A stretch of DNA of 63,622 bases, filler included, from Reticulomyxa filosa (taxonomy: Eukaryota > Protista > Foraminifera): NCBI GenBank assembly GCA_000512085.1. It is 24 parts of 24 records of this genome, joined end to end, with 100 filler letters (N's around TTAATTAATTAA, not from the genome) between each part and the next. Parts side by side here need not be neighbours in the genome. Positions count along the whole stretch, not along the records: positions 1 to 1,682 come from ASPP01006743.1; positions 1,783 to 3,229 come from ASPP01023769.1; positions 3,330 to 5,705 come from ASPP01005205.1; positions 5,806 to 12,592 come from ASPP01010184.1; 20 more parts are not named here. One strand, 5' to 3'. Position numbers and translations under genes: made by a program. Below the pieces are notes generated by a model. It ran no database searches. It was not told the origin of the DNA and saw only the letters and a program-made list of their open reading frames with translations. Positions 1-12,560 of the stretch are shown here, one piece after another. Each line of letters opens with the position of its first letter. The stretch's first letter is position 1.

Positions 1-608
1 AAACTGATCGCCTCGCTTACCAGCCCCTACGCCCGCAAGGTGCGCATCGTCCTGGCAGGAAAAAGATCGACTGTCCGCTGCAGCTGGATATCCCGTGGGA
101 GAGCACATCGACCGTGGCCGATTTCAACCCGCTGGGCAAGGTGCCGGTGCTGCTGATGGACGACGGCAGCAGCCTGTACGACTCGCGGGTGATCGTGGAA
201 TACCTGGACGCCATCTCGCCGGTGTCGCGCCTGCTGCCGCAAGACCGCCGCCTGCTGGTGGAAACCCGCCGCTTCGAAGCGCTGGCCGACGGCATCTGCG
301 ATGCTGCGGCCAATATCGTGGTGGAACGCCGCCGCCCGGCGGTGCAGCAAAGCCAGGAATGGGTAGACCGCCAGCAAGGCAAGATCGACCGTGGCCTGGT
401 GGCGCTGTCGGCCATGCTGGGCGAGCGCCACTGGTGCAACGGCGAAGGCTACAGCCTGGCCGACATTGCCACCGGCTGCATGCTGGGCTATCTGGACTTC
501 CGCTTTGCCGACCTGCCGTGGCGTGACCTGTACCCCAACCTGGAAAGGCTGTACGACAAGCTGTCGGCCCAGGCCAGCTTTGCCGATACCGTGCCGCCGG
601 CCGCCTGA
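1..608 (+). CDS. Bacterial glutathione S-transferase; 5'-truncated, one-base deletion near 59
   Basis: Frame 1 reads KLIASLTSPYARKVRIVLA. Frame 3 continues KKIDCPL...FNPLGKVPVL...LYDSRVIVEYLD...YSLADIATGC to TGA at 606-608. These are GST N-domain (SPY, KVP, DS) and C-domain (SLAD) motifs. Confidence 0.9.
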   Translation, partial: TDRLAYQPLRPQGAHRPGRKKIDCPLQLDIPWESTSTVADFNPLGKVPVLLMDDGSSLYDSRVIVEYLDAISPVSRLLPQDRRLLVETRRFEALADGICDAAANIVVERRRPAVQQSQEWVDRQQGKIDRGLVALSAMLGERHWCNGEGYSLADIATGCMLGYLDFRFADLPWRDLYPNLERLYDKLSAQASFADTVPPAA

Positions 609-627
609 AGACACCGCTTGCCTACCC

Positions 628-653
628 GACGCCGCGCTGTTGCGCGGCGTTTT
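628..653 (+). terminator. Probable intrinsic terminator after GST
   Basis: GACGCCGCGC-TGTT-GCGCGGCGTT stem followed by a short T run, 20 nt after the stop. Confidence 0.55.
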
Positions 654-695
654 GCCATCTGGTGATGCAATGCACCACACGGCGGCAAACAGCGC

Positions 696-725
696 TTGAC
701 GCCAGCCTGAGCGCCGTGTTTTTAT
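696..725 (+). promoter_or_regulatory. Possible sigma70 promoter for the trpS leader
   Basis: TTGACG at 696-701, then TG-n-TTTTAT (extended -10-like) at 717-725. Weak -10 match. Confidence 0.3.
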
Positions 726-732
726 AAACCCC

Positions 733-1682
<950 letters not shown>

Positions 1683-1782
1683 NNNNNNNNNNNNNNNNNN
1701 NNNNNNNNNNNNNNNNNNNNNNNNNNTTAATTAATTAANNNNNNNNNNNNNNNNNNNNNNNNNNNNNNNNNNNNNNNNNNNN
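1683..1782. other. Artificial contig spacer (23 copies in the window)
   Basis: N44-TTAATTAATTAA-N44, giving stops in all six frames. Starts at 1683, 3230, 5706, 12593, 18887, 21304, 22404, 23565, 26444, 27786, 32368, 34152, 38016, 39805, 41741, 44534, 45790, 47549, 50194, 57746, 59281, 60560 and 61660. Confidence 0.99.
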
Positions 1783-1955
1783 TTCAAATGAAGACTCTGT
1801 AATTTTATATAAAAGAAAACTTTAAATAAACTTATCTTATTTTTCTTATTTAAAAGAATAATACATTTTTAATTATTTTAAAGCTAAGAGTGGTGTAAAA
1901 ACAGTACCAATTATTCACAAATTTATTTGTTCTGAAAAACAGTTTGTGTATGGAT

Positions 1956-2027
1956 AATATTAGTGTATTTGGTGATGATGGATATACAATTTGTTTTGGA
2001 TCGTGGGATGAAACCATTTGTATATTA
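1956..2027 (+). pseudogene. WD40-repeat gene remnant
   Basis: Translates NISVFGDDGYTICFGSWDETICIL, matching the 'ICSGSxDxTIRLWD' WD40 unit also seen at 59705-59750. No surrounding ORF. Confidence 0.55.
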
Positions 2028-2734
2028 TCCTCATTTCTATTTTATCTTGTTTTGAGTGTTCGATACAATACAAAAACAACAGCAAATAGACATTGAAAAA
2101 AACAGTTAAAAAAATTAGTAGTGAAGAAAATGTAACACTTAAAATTGATACAAGTCTTATTTATTATGCTTTTCAATTCTTTAAAAAGCATTGAATGCAA
2201 GATTTAATACAATAGAAATTTTTAAAATCTTTCCAATATGTTTTTTATTTAATGAAACCAAGTAATGTAATCGATGTGTGGAAGTACAAACAAAGTAAAA
2301 AGGTGATAGCAAATCAAATGCATTGAATGAATCACCTATACAATTCCTAGTCTCTCAGAATTGATGAAACTATTTTCAAAACAACTGAAAACTGCATATA
2401 GAGGGGTGTACATTAAAATGGCAGTGGAACAAGCGCTTCCTTCTTTGTTTCTTGTTTCTTAAATTGTAACTATTAAATATCAATTTAGATATTATAAAGA
2501 TATAAAGAATTTTTCATTTAATAATTAATACATTATAATATTTGATTATGTTTGTAACATTTTGTAAATTTTGGCAGCTACATATGCAATAATATGTAAT
2601 TGTATTCAATAAATTTATGTCTAAAAAAAATGGAAATAAATGTGCTTCGAGACGTTTAAAAGTCCAGCAAAAAAGCTCAGTAATAAAATTCAGAAAGATA
2701 ATCTTAGCTATTAGCATAAAACTTTCAGATTAAT

Positions 2735-3210
2735 ATGGCGAAGGAATCAAAAAGTTTTTTTGTGACACGTGTGGTTGCACCAGGAGTGTTGGAATTGTGT
2801 ATGAATGAGCCAAAGCTTTACAATCGAATGGACGCACGCTTTTGGGACGAGTTGCCATTAGTGTGTTCCAAAATCGGACAAGACAAAAGTGTTCACGTAG
2901 TATTGCTAACAGGAGAAGGCAAAAATTTCTGCAGTGGGATTGACTTGTCTTTTTTGGTGAGTATTGGAAGCAAGCAAAAAGGTTCAGATCCTGGGAGAAC
3001 TTCGGTATGTGTTTCACAAATATATAACTTTGGATTCTATTACATATACATATATGTATATGTATTTGTGGACAAGCATACTTATAAAAAGAAAATATTA
3101 AAAAAAGCTTCGTTTAATGGAGTTTATAAAATCCGCACAAAATTCGATCGAGAGTCTTTCATTGTTGCCTCAGCCTGTTATCGCTTGTGTCCAAGGCTTT
3201 TGATTGGTGA
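2735..3210 (+). CDS. Enoyl-CoA hydratase/isomerase (ECH1-like dienoyl-CoA isomerase); partial, intron 3005-3107
   Basis: Exon 1: NEPKLYNRMDARFWDEL...VVLLTGEGKNFCSGIDL...DPGRTS. After the GT..AG intron: LRLMEFIKSAQNSIESLSLLPQPVIACVQGF (crotonase motifs). Confidence 0.88.
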
Positions 3211-3351
3211 GGTTTTAAAAAAAAAAAAANNNNNNNNNNNNNNNNNNNNNNNNNNNNNNNNNNNNNNNNNNNNTTAATTAATTAANNNNNNNNNNNNNNN
3301 NNNNNNNNNNNNNNNNNNNNNNNNNNNNNAAAATAAAAAAAAAAAAAAAAA

Positions 3352-3699
3352 AACTCGAATGAGTTGATGACAGAAGCGAATTGCCTCATGTGGCAAGATT
3401 AGTGGTATTTCTTTCCACAATTTTTTGTAGTCCCCACTTTCATATTTTGACATTGATTCGCTTGTGAAACCTCTTTGAGTAGGCCATCCTTGTAGACTGT
3501 ACTCCACGTCTATTCTTTCTGACTGCTTGTTTTGGTGTTTTGTTGTTTCCAATTTTTCCTCTTCTGTGCCGGACAGCATTTGAGCGTCCATTTCGTTCCC
3601 ATTCTTTTCGGCATCAGATGCCAAGAGAGATTGCTGAAAAGTATCTTGTCCTTTTTGATCCTCTGATTTCAATATAATTATCGCGTCAGATTCTGCCAT
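3352..3699 (-). CDS. Hypothetical protein, first exon (possibly hemerythrin-like start)
   Basis: Open frame from ATG 3699 to the contig end. It ends in LILPHEAIRF, resembling helix 1 of HHE/hemerythrin domains. Confidence 0.4.
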
Positions 3700-3979
3700 T
3701 ATTATGCTCTTTTATTTTTTTTTAGCGTCGTGCATACGCACACCAGTTTTCGTTTCTTTACGAACACAAAATTAAACAATGTAAAAGTGAATAAGACTGA
3801 AAATATTGACTCTTGTTGATTGAGTTGTATTGTGGCTTATGCTTATGGAAAAAAATATTTTAAAATGATGTTATTGGTTGTTTTAAGCACGTTTTGTGAG
3901 TGTTTGTGAGAAACACAAAAAAAAGATGCTGACTTAACTTTTAAGAAGCTTAGCCAAAAGGATTTTTTGTTAGAGAATA

Positions 3980-5026
3980 ATGTCCACAGCTGAAGGTCAA
4001 GAAGTAGCTCTTTCCTCGTGGTCAACTGACAAAGACTCACTTGAGCGTGTTTTAAAGTTAGAATCCGAAATAGCCGCTTTAAAAAGTAAATTGGAAGAAG
4101 AAGAAAGACAAGGGAAGAACGACGAAAACGCAGGAAGCAGTGACAGCGAGAAAAGCGAGCTGACATTGCAATCGAACATTTACAATGGTTTTTTGCTATT
4201 GTATTATCACACATCACGTTGGAATGCAATGCGATTTCAAGATCGAGGTCGAGTAATCGCATGGTTGATAATAGCAGTGATAACACAGCTGTGTTCCGTG
4301 GGCCTTTTATGTGGCTTGTTAATACATAAATCACGTCACAGCTCGCCCCCAGAAGAGGACATTTCGGAAAAATCATTGGAAGTGTTGGCATTCTTAATGC
4401 CAGCAGTACTTGGTGCTGGGTTTATCTTTGTTTATGACGAAGTGAGACGACCCTTAGTCGAAATGGCTAATCTTCATAATCATCAAGATCTCACTATGTT
4501 AATAAAAGCATGCATATACATATATGCATATATGCACAAATATACATATATATATATATTTATATAAATACGTATATGCATACGTATATGTACATATGCA
4601 TATGTGTATATATATAATATAACAATCCTGATATTGTTTGTTTGATTAAGTGTTGGATGGTGGAACTATGCTGGAATGGTCAAAGTTTGGGAGATATTGT
4701 TTGGCTTGTTTGGCTCTTGGGCTTATTTCATTTCATTGATTTACAGCACTAAAAACACTCTCCATGGCGCGCAGGGATTTATGGACATCATCCTCAATAT
4801 GCTGGCTTACGTGTTTGTGTTTGGCATCGACGAATGGACCTTTAGCATGATTGCTGTGAGGGAATTTGTTCCTCAATGGTCCGATGACTGGTTCACCTTA
4901 AAAGCCACTGAAAATACACAAGTCTTCTTCAAAATGGCACGCAATTCCATCAAAATCCTAATGTTGGCTGTGTATATACTTGTCCTTGTTCTTTGGTTTG
5001 AGGAATTTTATCATAGTAATTTATGA
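3980..5026 (+). CDS. Multi-pass membrane protein, 2 exons (intron 4498-4650)
   Basis: A GT..AG intron filled with TA/TATG repeats joins the two ORFs in frame (HQDLT-I-VGWWNYAGMVK). Several hydrophobic segments; DIILNMLAYVFVFGIDEW motif. Confidence 0.7.
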
Positions 5027-5522
5027 TGACAATTGGAAAATTGTGAAAACTGACAGGAGGGAGATTGAGACAGAGGGGATAGTGGTTAAAAAATTCATCA
5101 CATACACATTCTAACAGAGTTGTTCATTCATACTCTTTTTATTCTTCGTGCAAATGTTGCATATCTCCACATTATTCATTTGTTGGTGCTGTTTCTTCAT
5201 TCATTATACATAATCTTGCTTTAGTTCTTTTGGTGTCTATTTTTCATTTAAAATTCAAATACAAACATCATAAAAAAATACAATCGAAAAGTAACTTTTT
5301 TTATAATTGTAATAACCAAAAAACAACACCATAATAAAAATAAAATGTCAATATGCTACCAATTTATTTTTGTCGATTGAAACTAATGCAATCAAAGTTA
5401 AAATGAACAAAAGCAAAATTAAAATAAGTAAAAAAAACAATAAACCAAATATTACCAAAGTGAACAAGACAAAAATAGTATTTACAAAATGTTTCCTTTT
5501 TTCAACAACAAATCATTTCTTA

Positions 5523-5672
5523 CATTGTATCATTCGTAGTCTTTGAGAAAAATCATATTCTTTTATTCCAGTTTATTGCCTTTGTATGCCGAATGATTTA
5601 AATTTTACTACTGAAGCAATAAACTGTAATAACAGAATATGATTTTTCTCAAAGACTACGAATGATACAATG
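5523..5672. repeat. 150-bp foldback/MITE-like element with ~57-bp inverted arms
   Basis: 5523-5561 is the exact reverse complement of 5634-5672. The arms extend to 5579/5616 with 2 mismatches. Confidence 0.85.
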
Positions 5673-5814
5673 CTAATCTTTTTTTTAAAGTATCTACGTG
5701 ACTTGNNNNNNNNNNNNNNNNNNNNNNNNNNNNNNNNNNNNNNNNNNNNTTAATTAATTAANNNNNNNNNNNNNNNNNNNNNNNNNNNNNNNNNNNNNNN
5801 NNNNNATATATACA

Positions 5815-5848
<34 letters not shown>

Positions 5849-5849
5849 C

Positions 5850-6531
5850 GAATAGTAATGCTAAGAAATACATCGACACACTTTTGACGCGAATGCGTTG
5901 GAGTTGGAGTTGGCACTCCGCGCGAAGAGAGGGTAGGCCTACTGGCTCCATACTCGTAGACCAGTTGCAATAACAACTTGCTGAATGCTATCACAATGCC
6001 AAAACAAAAGGACACATCGAAAATAAACCCAACAATGACTCCGTGCAATGGATCGGAAATCATGTACAGATAGCCGCACACGCACGATGAAAATAACAGC
6101 AATAATATCACCATCGTTGTTCTGGACACAAAATAACCTGGGTTAAATAGTACATTTTTTCGGACCACATAATACAGGCGTATTAAAAAGGATACGTACA
6201 AAATTGTTTTTCCTCCGCTCAAAAAAAATATAAATGTCAGCAGGCTTGTTTTCTGAAAATCATATGTGTACGATTCATTGCGTATTAGGAACACCATACA
6301 CATTATTGCTATTATTGTCGTACTACACGTGAAGCCTATCATGCTTGACGAGATTATCCAATAGAAAAAGGGAGAAATACGAGACCTTGATTGGTTTTGT
6401 TTGCTTAGGCGTTGCTGTTGCCAATAATTATGAATCACTCTCAAACATATTAACCAACTTATCACTGTTGTGATTACACCAAATATAGTGATTATATATA
6501 CCCAAACTTTTAAGTTGGGTGCAATTGTCAT
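5850..6531 (-). CDS. Orphan 7TM/GPCR-like membrane protein; partial
   Basis: Five TM-like segments. The ILYVSFLIRLYYV and DVSFCFGIVIAFSKLL motifs are paralleled in the 28631-29863 gene. Confidence 0.6.
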
Positions 6532-6965
6532 GTCGTTTGGAGAGTTCTTTGTACGTTTTTTTTTTTTACAAGTTTTGGTGTTTTTTTCCCATGCAATTTT
6601 GTTCATCTTTTTCATTTTCCTTGACGAGGGGAACACAAATATTTCGTATAAAAGTAGTAAAAATGGTCAGCTCTGCACAGCAACTCACATTTTCAATCAA
6701 AAAGTGTAGTCATAAACAAATTTTTTTTGAAAAGGTATTTCTCGGTCAAGATATTCTTTATTGTTTCGTTAATATCTTAAAAGAAGAAAAGATGACAATT
6801 TTTTTGTATTTAACTTTGTCAAAAGTTTTTCCTTAATAGTGTAAAAATTTTTTAAACGTTACCAGTTTTGCTAGATTGCGCTATCTCTCACAAAACTAAA
6901 AAAAAGTTCAAAATTAATAAAACAAACGTCCATCTTGTACCGTCTTTCTTCCAACCCAAAATTAA

Positions 6966-8135
6966 TTATTGACTTAAGTTACTTTGATCAGAAAAGGATT
7001 TTTGGTTTACAGTGTTTGGGAGACGTGTGGTTGATTGTCGATGACAAGCAGAAACTTGCTTGGTGTCTGTTGTTTTTCCTTCCTCTTGCTGCAACAAAGT
7101 ATTATGCTTGTTTATACTTTTTTTCATTTTATTTGTTCTTGATATGGCATGACGACTTGCGTTAGTGTCGTTATGCCCACTTGGTGGTTTTGGTACCAAT
7201 TCCTTTTTTTCGTCAAGCATAGTCTTTTGTTGAGATAAAAACCATTGATTAGCATTTTCACTTTTGTTTGGAAAGTCTTGACAAATATTTAAACTAATTG
7301 CATCCACTTCCCCTTTCAAATTTGTTGACTTGTCATGAACCACACACAAACACACTTCTTTCTCATTTAGATAAAAGTAACGAATTAAAATGCTGAGGTC
7401 ACTTAAAAGAGTATCACACTCTGTGCATTTACTTTCAACCAATAATTTCAATAGCTCTGTGATTTCAACAGATGTTATGTTATGCTGTGTCCTTTGGTTG
7501 CTAGTGTTGGTTGAAACAAATTTTAAATAGATATGATGAGTTTTTTTGTCAGCTAATAACGCTAGCCACACCTTCTTGTCAAACGTTTCGATCAGTTTTT
7601 TAAAATAATAAAATTCAATATTAATAGAATTAGAATTGTGGAAAAATTTGTGAATTTTGGCAGCTATAAGCAATTGAAACAATTTCAACTTATTTGCTGA
7701 GACGAAATCTTGATTGTGTTTTTTTTCACTACATATGATATCTTTCACTGAGTAATTTATATTCAATTGTTCATATTCTTCAATCTCTTTTTGCTGAAAA
7801 TTAATTAAATCTGCACTAAATAAAAATTCAAACCATTCCAAACATACAAATGATAGGAATCGGATATTTTTTTTGAAATGCTCCATCATTTCTGCTGACA
7901 ATGTGTTGGTGTGATCAACATCACAGAGGATTGCAATATTTGACAACTTTGATGCAACGCAATGGACATAAATGGATTTGAGCTGAGTCCATATAACCTT
8001 GCAATGCGAAAACACAAAACAAGAAAGTAAATAGCGATAAAGTTGCGAGTAATCGATTGGTGTCTTAATGTTTACGTCGCCAATTTTGCAAAGAAGAGAG
8101 GCATGTGAGGAGAATAACAAAATTTCCAATGACAT
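6966..8135 (-). CDS. Hypothetical protein (389 aa)
   Basis: Long uninterrupted ORF in AT-rich DNA; no domain recognised. Confidence 0.6.
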   Translation of the reverse strand: MSLEILLFSSHASLLCKIGDVNIKTPIDYSQLYRYLLSCFVFSHCKVIWTQLKSIYVHCVASKLSNIAILCDVDHTNTLSAEMMEHFKKNIRFLSFVCLEWFEFLFSADLINFQQKEIEEYEQLNINYSVKDIICSEKKHNQDFVSANKLKLFQLLIAAKIHKFFHNSNSINIEFYYFKKLIETFDKKVWLALLADKKTHHIYLKFVSTNTSNQRTQHNITSVEITELLKLLVESKCTECDTLLSDLSILIRYFYLNEKEVCLCVVHDKSTNLKGEVDAISLNICQDFPNKSENANQWFLSQQKTMLDEKKELVPKPPSGHNDTNASRHAISRTNKMKKSINKHNTLLQQEEGKTTDTKQVSACHRQSTTRLPNTVNQKSFSDQSNLSQ

Positions 8136-8520
8136 AAGTTTAAATGCATTGTTTTGTGCGCGTCTTCTTTTTTTCTTTTGTTTTTCATTTCCTCACTCAT
8201 AACTTCCATTTTTGTCCGTTAAGAGCGTCAAAAAGCATTTAACAAGGATTTTCCAAACTGAAGAGAAAAAAACTTAAACGTAATAATGATACGAAAAGCA
8301 CTTTGTTTTTCTTTTTGTAAGTGTACGGTCTTTGTGCTGAACTTTTATTTTTCCCCGTAGTTTTGATTAATCGTTGGAGATCATGACCTCACTTGCTTTT
8401 TGTCGCCATATAAAATTTCAGAATTTCCATCTATCTCACTCAAGATATTTAGTTCTTTCGAATGTTCCAATAAGACGAATAAACATGAAATTTCCACATA
8501 TCTTAAGACCAAAAGAAGAC

Positions 8521-8990
8521 ATGCCTCTGCCCGAAGGTTATTTAACCTCTGCGTGGGTCCCCTTCTTCAAATAAACAAACAAATAAAATTTAACAAAACT
8601 CAAAAGACAACGTAATTGTCTCTATTTGTGAATGGCGAAATAGGATGGGAATATTTGCGAAAAAAAATAAAGAAAAAGGACCCATTGACCCCACAAGAAA
8701 AAGAAGTGTTATATGCGTGGTCAGGAGTCGATAATCTTGGCTTGTTTATTTTCTGTGCTGGAATAATTTTTTGTGGCGTAGTGTCGGCATTGGTCCCATC
8801 GGGTTTGCGCAAACAGTCGATTGCTGTGCAAATGACTGAAAATTGGGTTAATGAAAATGCAGAGTTTTTGAAGGGCTCAAAAATGGAACATGTTCTAGAC
8901 CGATATGAATTGACCGCGGAAACACAGGAAAAATTGCAATCTTCGCAAAAAAAATCTGCCCAACTTTTGGAAGAAGAATCCAATCGATAA
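8521..8990 (+). CDS. Small single-TM hypothetical protein, probably 2 exons
   Basis: MPLPEGYLTSAW from 8521, then ORF 8616-8990 with one TM helix (LGLFIFCAGIIFCGVVSALV). Junction not resolved. Confidence 0.45.
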
Positions 8991-9425
8991 CTTTTTTTTC
9001 CTACTGTTTCAAACTATCCATCTTATATTATCAAACATCGATCTTATGTTCGCTTATAATAAGGATGAAACCCCTTTTTAATTTTTTTTTTTCTGATTCG
9101 GACAAGTTCGGATTGAATACAATCAAAATCAAACATAACACAAAATATCTCAAGCAAACATTACGCCAAAAAAAAAGAACAATTTGTAAGACTTGATATA
9201 ATTTGGCTGACTTTTTTGTACAAATATTCTTGTATTTTAAAGAAATTTTTTGAAATTTCAAGGTATATTTGAAAGCTAGTATGTTGTAAAGTGAAATGCT
9301 AGTTTTAGTACCACTGAACAAAAGTATTAAGTATTGTTCAATTTTGAGCTTACAGGCAGAATTGAGTTGAACATAATAAGACTTCTAGTGTCCTTTTTTT
9401 TTAAGGAATTAAAATTTCCTGAACA

Positions 9426-10985
9426 ATGCCATGGAAAGTGAGATCAACGACAATGTTCACATTTTTTGGAAGTGCAATTTGCATTGTATTTCTTCTTTAT
9501 TATGTCTTATTGACAAGTTTTGTTATTTCCTATTTTAACGGAAAACCTCATTGATTGCTTTAAGCGTTAAAAAAAAAAAGATATTGAAGGATCGAACCAA
9601 GTGCTAAAATCAAACCCAGTTTGCATGACAGATTTAGTTAAAGGAGAAAGCGAGAATATGGTTCATCCAAGACAATTGAAAATCTATAGTGAAAAGAGCC
9701 TGAGAGGCTATCCGAATGTACTATACCCACCCCGTGCAAATATGACAGAGAGGGAGCTATATCCTTTGCCATGGGGTGAAGTGTATCCACACCGTGTATG
9801 GTGTAGTGTTCTAACAATGTGGCCTGCACGCCAAGCGAACATTGAAGTTGAACAAACATAAAAAGGAATATAAAGAACATAATGTGACACCACTTTCATC
9901 ATATATTACGTAAAAAAAACGTACATGCATATTACAATACACATGAAGTTGGATCTAGATTGCCTGTCGGTGTTTGTTTGTAGTGTAGGCTGTCGCTGCA
10001 ACTTGGGGAGGATTATGTGACCGTCTGATATTTGTAGTAGACAATCAGTCATCCGGGGTCCCGGATCAAATTGGTCCCTTTCCGTTCATTCAATTGGATA
10101 TCGAACTGCCACAGTCTAAAAAAGATCGCAACATTTGGGAAAAGTCATGGAAAATGTGGAAGTATGTCGGAACGCATCATCTCAATGATGCAGAGTGGTT
10201 TCTAAAAATTGACGATGACACGTTTTTCAGTCCGATCAATTTCAAAGGCTTTGTTCGATATTTGAACCCGTTTCAACCTTACTATCTCGGACATACACTA
10301 CTGCATCTGTGGGAAAAACTAAATGTCGTGTTCAATAGTGGCAGTTGTTATGCCTTGAGTAAGGAGTCTTTGAGGCGATTGACACCAATCTTTTCAAAAC
10401 CTCAATTCCTTTATCCTGATGCCTCACGCCAAGAACGCGGGACCAAATGCTTTTGTTTGTGTATGCACCGTCGAAAGGCATTTGAAGACCCTGCTATGGG
10501 AGTCTGCTTACATTCTTTGGGAATTGATCCTATCAATACCATGGACGAACATTTACGAGAAAGATTTTCACCTCTTCGGGTTCTTTATTTATTTATTTTT
10601 TTTTTTTTTAAAAAAAGAAAATGATTCGATTACCAATGGTAAAAACAAAAAAAAGGAACAAAGTGTTTCCTCTATCAAGAGAAAAGATGACTTTTGGTAT
10701 TGGAAATGGAAACACAAAAATATTAAACAAGGGAAAGACAGCATTACCACTTATCCCATTTCCTTTCATTTTTACAAAGACAAGCCAATGACATACTTCA
10801 CTCAATTGCACAAAAAATACAATGCTCCTGAAGGCGTCAATGGCAAAATTTTCAAACCTCCTTTGATAAAACCACAACGGTTTTTGCATGGGGCCCTGCC
10901 TTTTACTATTGATCAATATCGCAACACTCTCAATCCTCCAAAGGATCAAGAATACTTTCAAGGTTATAATGTTTCGGTGTGGTAA
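9426..10985 (+). CDS. GT31 family beta-1,3-galactosyltransferase (core-1 synthase-like), multi-exon
   Basis: RVWCSVLTM, AEWFLKIDDDTFF (DxD), PYYLGH, FNSGSCYALSKESLRR, FEDPAMGVCL and YPISFHFY. Intron at 10580-10655. Confidence 0.85.
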
Positions 10986-11518
10986 AAATTGTTTTTTTAA
11001 CACAAACACACTTTTTCTGAATGCTCCAAAGAAGCGTTTGTTTAATTGGTATATTTGCGACCACATAAAATAAGATGAAGTGTATTTTTTAGTTGTTTCG
11101 TCGGATTTGAATGCAACCATTTCACACGCAAATGCGGTGGTTATAACAAGAATAAAAATGGTAAAAACAGTTTGACGTTTAAACATTTTGCGTTTGTTAT
11201 GAATCGAGTGAAATAGTTGCGACATCTTGGAAAATACTTCATAGAAATGCTTTTTTTTTTGTTGGCAGCTCGATTTTTTTTTAAGTTATAACATTCCATC
11301 TGCCGGACACTTGGTCAACGTTGTTTCCAATTTTTTTTTCTTTAAAGTACGAACGAAAAGAAAATAATAACGAAAAAAAAAACGTCCCAACGTTGAATCG
11401 TAGATACTTTCTCGTTATTTTCAAACACAATTCATTATCGCAAGACGAATCTAAGCAACACAAGCACAAATCCAAACAAGAAGTTATCATAAAATTCTAG
11501 ATTTAAGAAAGTGTAAAG

Positions 11519-12560
11519 TCAAGTCAAAAAAACACATAACTCTTTGTCCGCGAGATTAATGTTTTGTCTTAAAATACTTGTAACGACAACATTTCTGTTA
11601 AAAACGCGCCAACCTTGTTTGAGGAGTGCTTTAATAGATTTATCTTCGGCTTTATTTGCGACAACTAGAATATTTTTGTCAGTAGGATTTTTTTTGCATA
11701 AAGAGCGCAATTTGCGTCCTCCATGCGCTTCAAACATTATTGTAAGGGCTTGTTGCACATCTTTCTCTACTTCTTTGGCTACAAACAAGGACATCCCGAT
11801 GAAAAGTTTTTTTTCTTTTGCCTTTTCAAAGGATTCTTTCATATCGAATCCATATTCTTGTTCGACTTTCTTTGTCTCCAAACAGCAAGGAAAAAAATCT
11901 TTTTCATCTACAAGACAAAACAAACATCAAACGACACCCCATTTCACGCTAATATGTTATATAAACATATATATGTGTATACAGAGACATTCGATGTGTG
12001 TTTGCAAGATTTTTTTTTTTTTTTTTTTCAAACCAACAGCAAGAGTCTTTCGCTTGATACATTCAGCAACCCAGTCATCAGTAACTCTATGCAAATATAA
12101 AGATACTGTTTTGCGTTTTTTTGTCGAAAAACAAGCAGACAACAACCGCAACAAAAAAAGAAGTCAAACAGATATTGAGCAAAAGCCATTCCAGCAATGA
12201 ATTTTAAAGTCCGCCGAGGGATTTGTGACACCAAATGAGTGACAATGGGCGAGTAATTGTCCAAGATCGTTGCTCCCAGATTTTCGAGCTTTTCGTTTTC
12301 TCCTTTGGGATCTTCGACTCCAGTCCGCAACAACACCACCTTACGTTGACTTTTTTTGGGCGAAGTGCGCTGACTTGTTCTACTTTTTTTTAATGTGGAT
12401 CTTTTTTTATTATCCTCTTCTTCTTCTTCTTCTTCTTCTTGTTCATATTCGTCTTCATCATCATCAGCATCTTCTTCTTGTTTATATTCAGGATCACTTT
12501 CGTCATTCTCTTGCTTTTTCTTCCCCTTTTGCTTTGGTCTTTTTTGTTCCTTTTTCTATG
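11519..12560 (-). CDS. Tandem-BRCT protein (MDC1/PTIP-like C-terminus), multi-exon, partial
   Basis: VLLRTGV...LGATI...VTHLVSQIPRRTLKFIAGMA, VTDDWVAEC, EQEYGFDMKES...LFIGMSLFV...EAHGG and SILRQ. Confidence 0.8.

Noticed and set aside
55-66. Programmed frameshifts in GST, ompW (~23023), Kelch/U-box (~15680) and PAC2 (~62977)
   Set aside because: Single-base indels scattered over unrelated organisms, often at homopolymers; sequencing error is the simplest explanation.
1727-1738. Recurring TTAATTAATTAA as a biological repeat or CRISPR array
   Set aside because: Always centred in exactly 88 Ns, so it is an assembly linker. No repeat-spacer array or cas gene was seen.
4508-4650. GC-AG intron
   Set aside because: The canonical GT at 4498 gives the correct phase.
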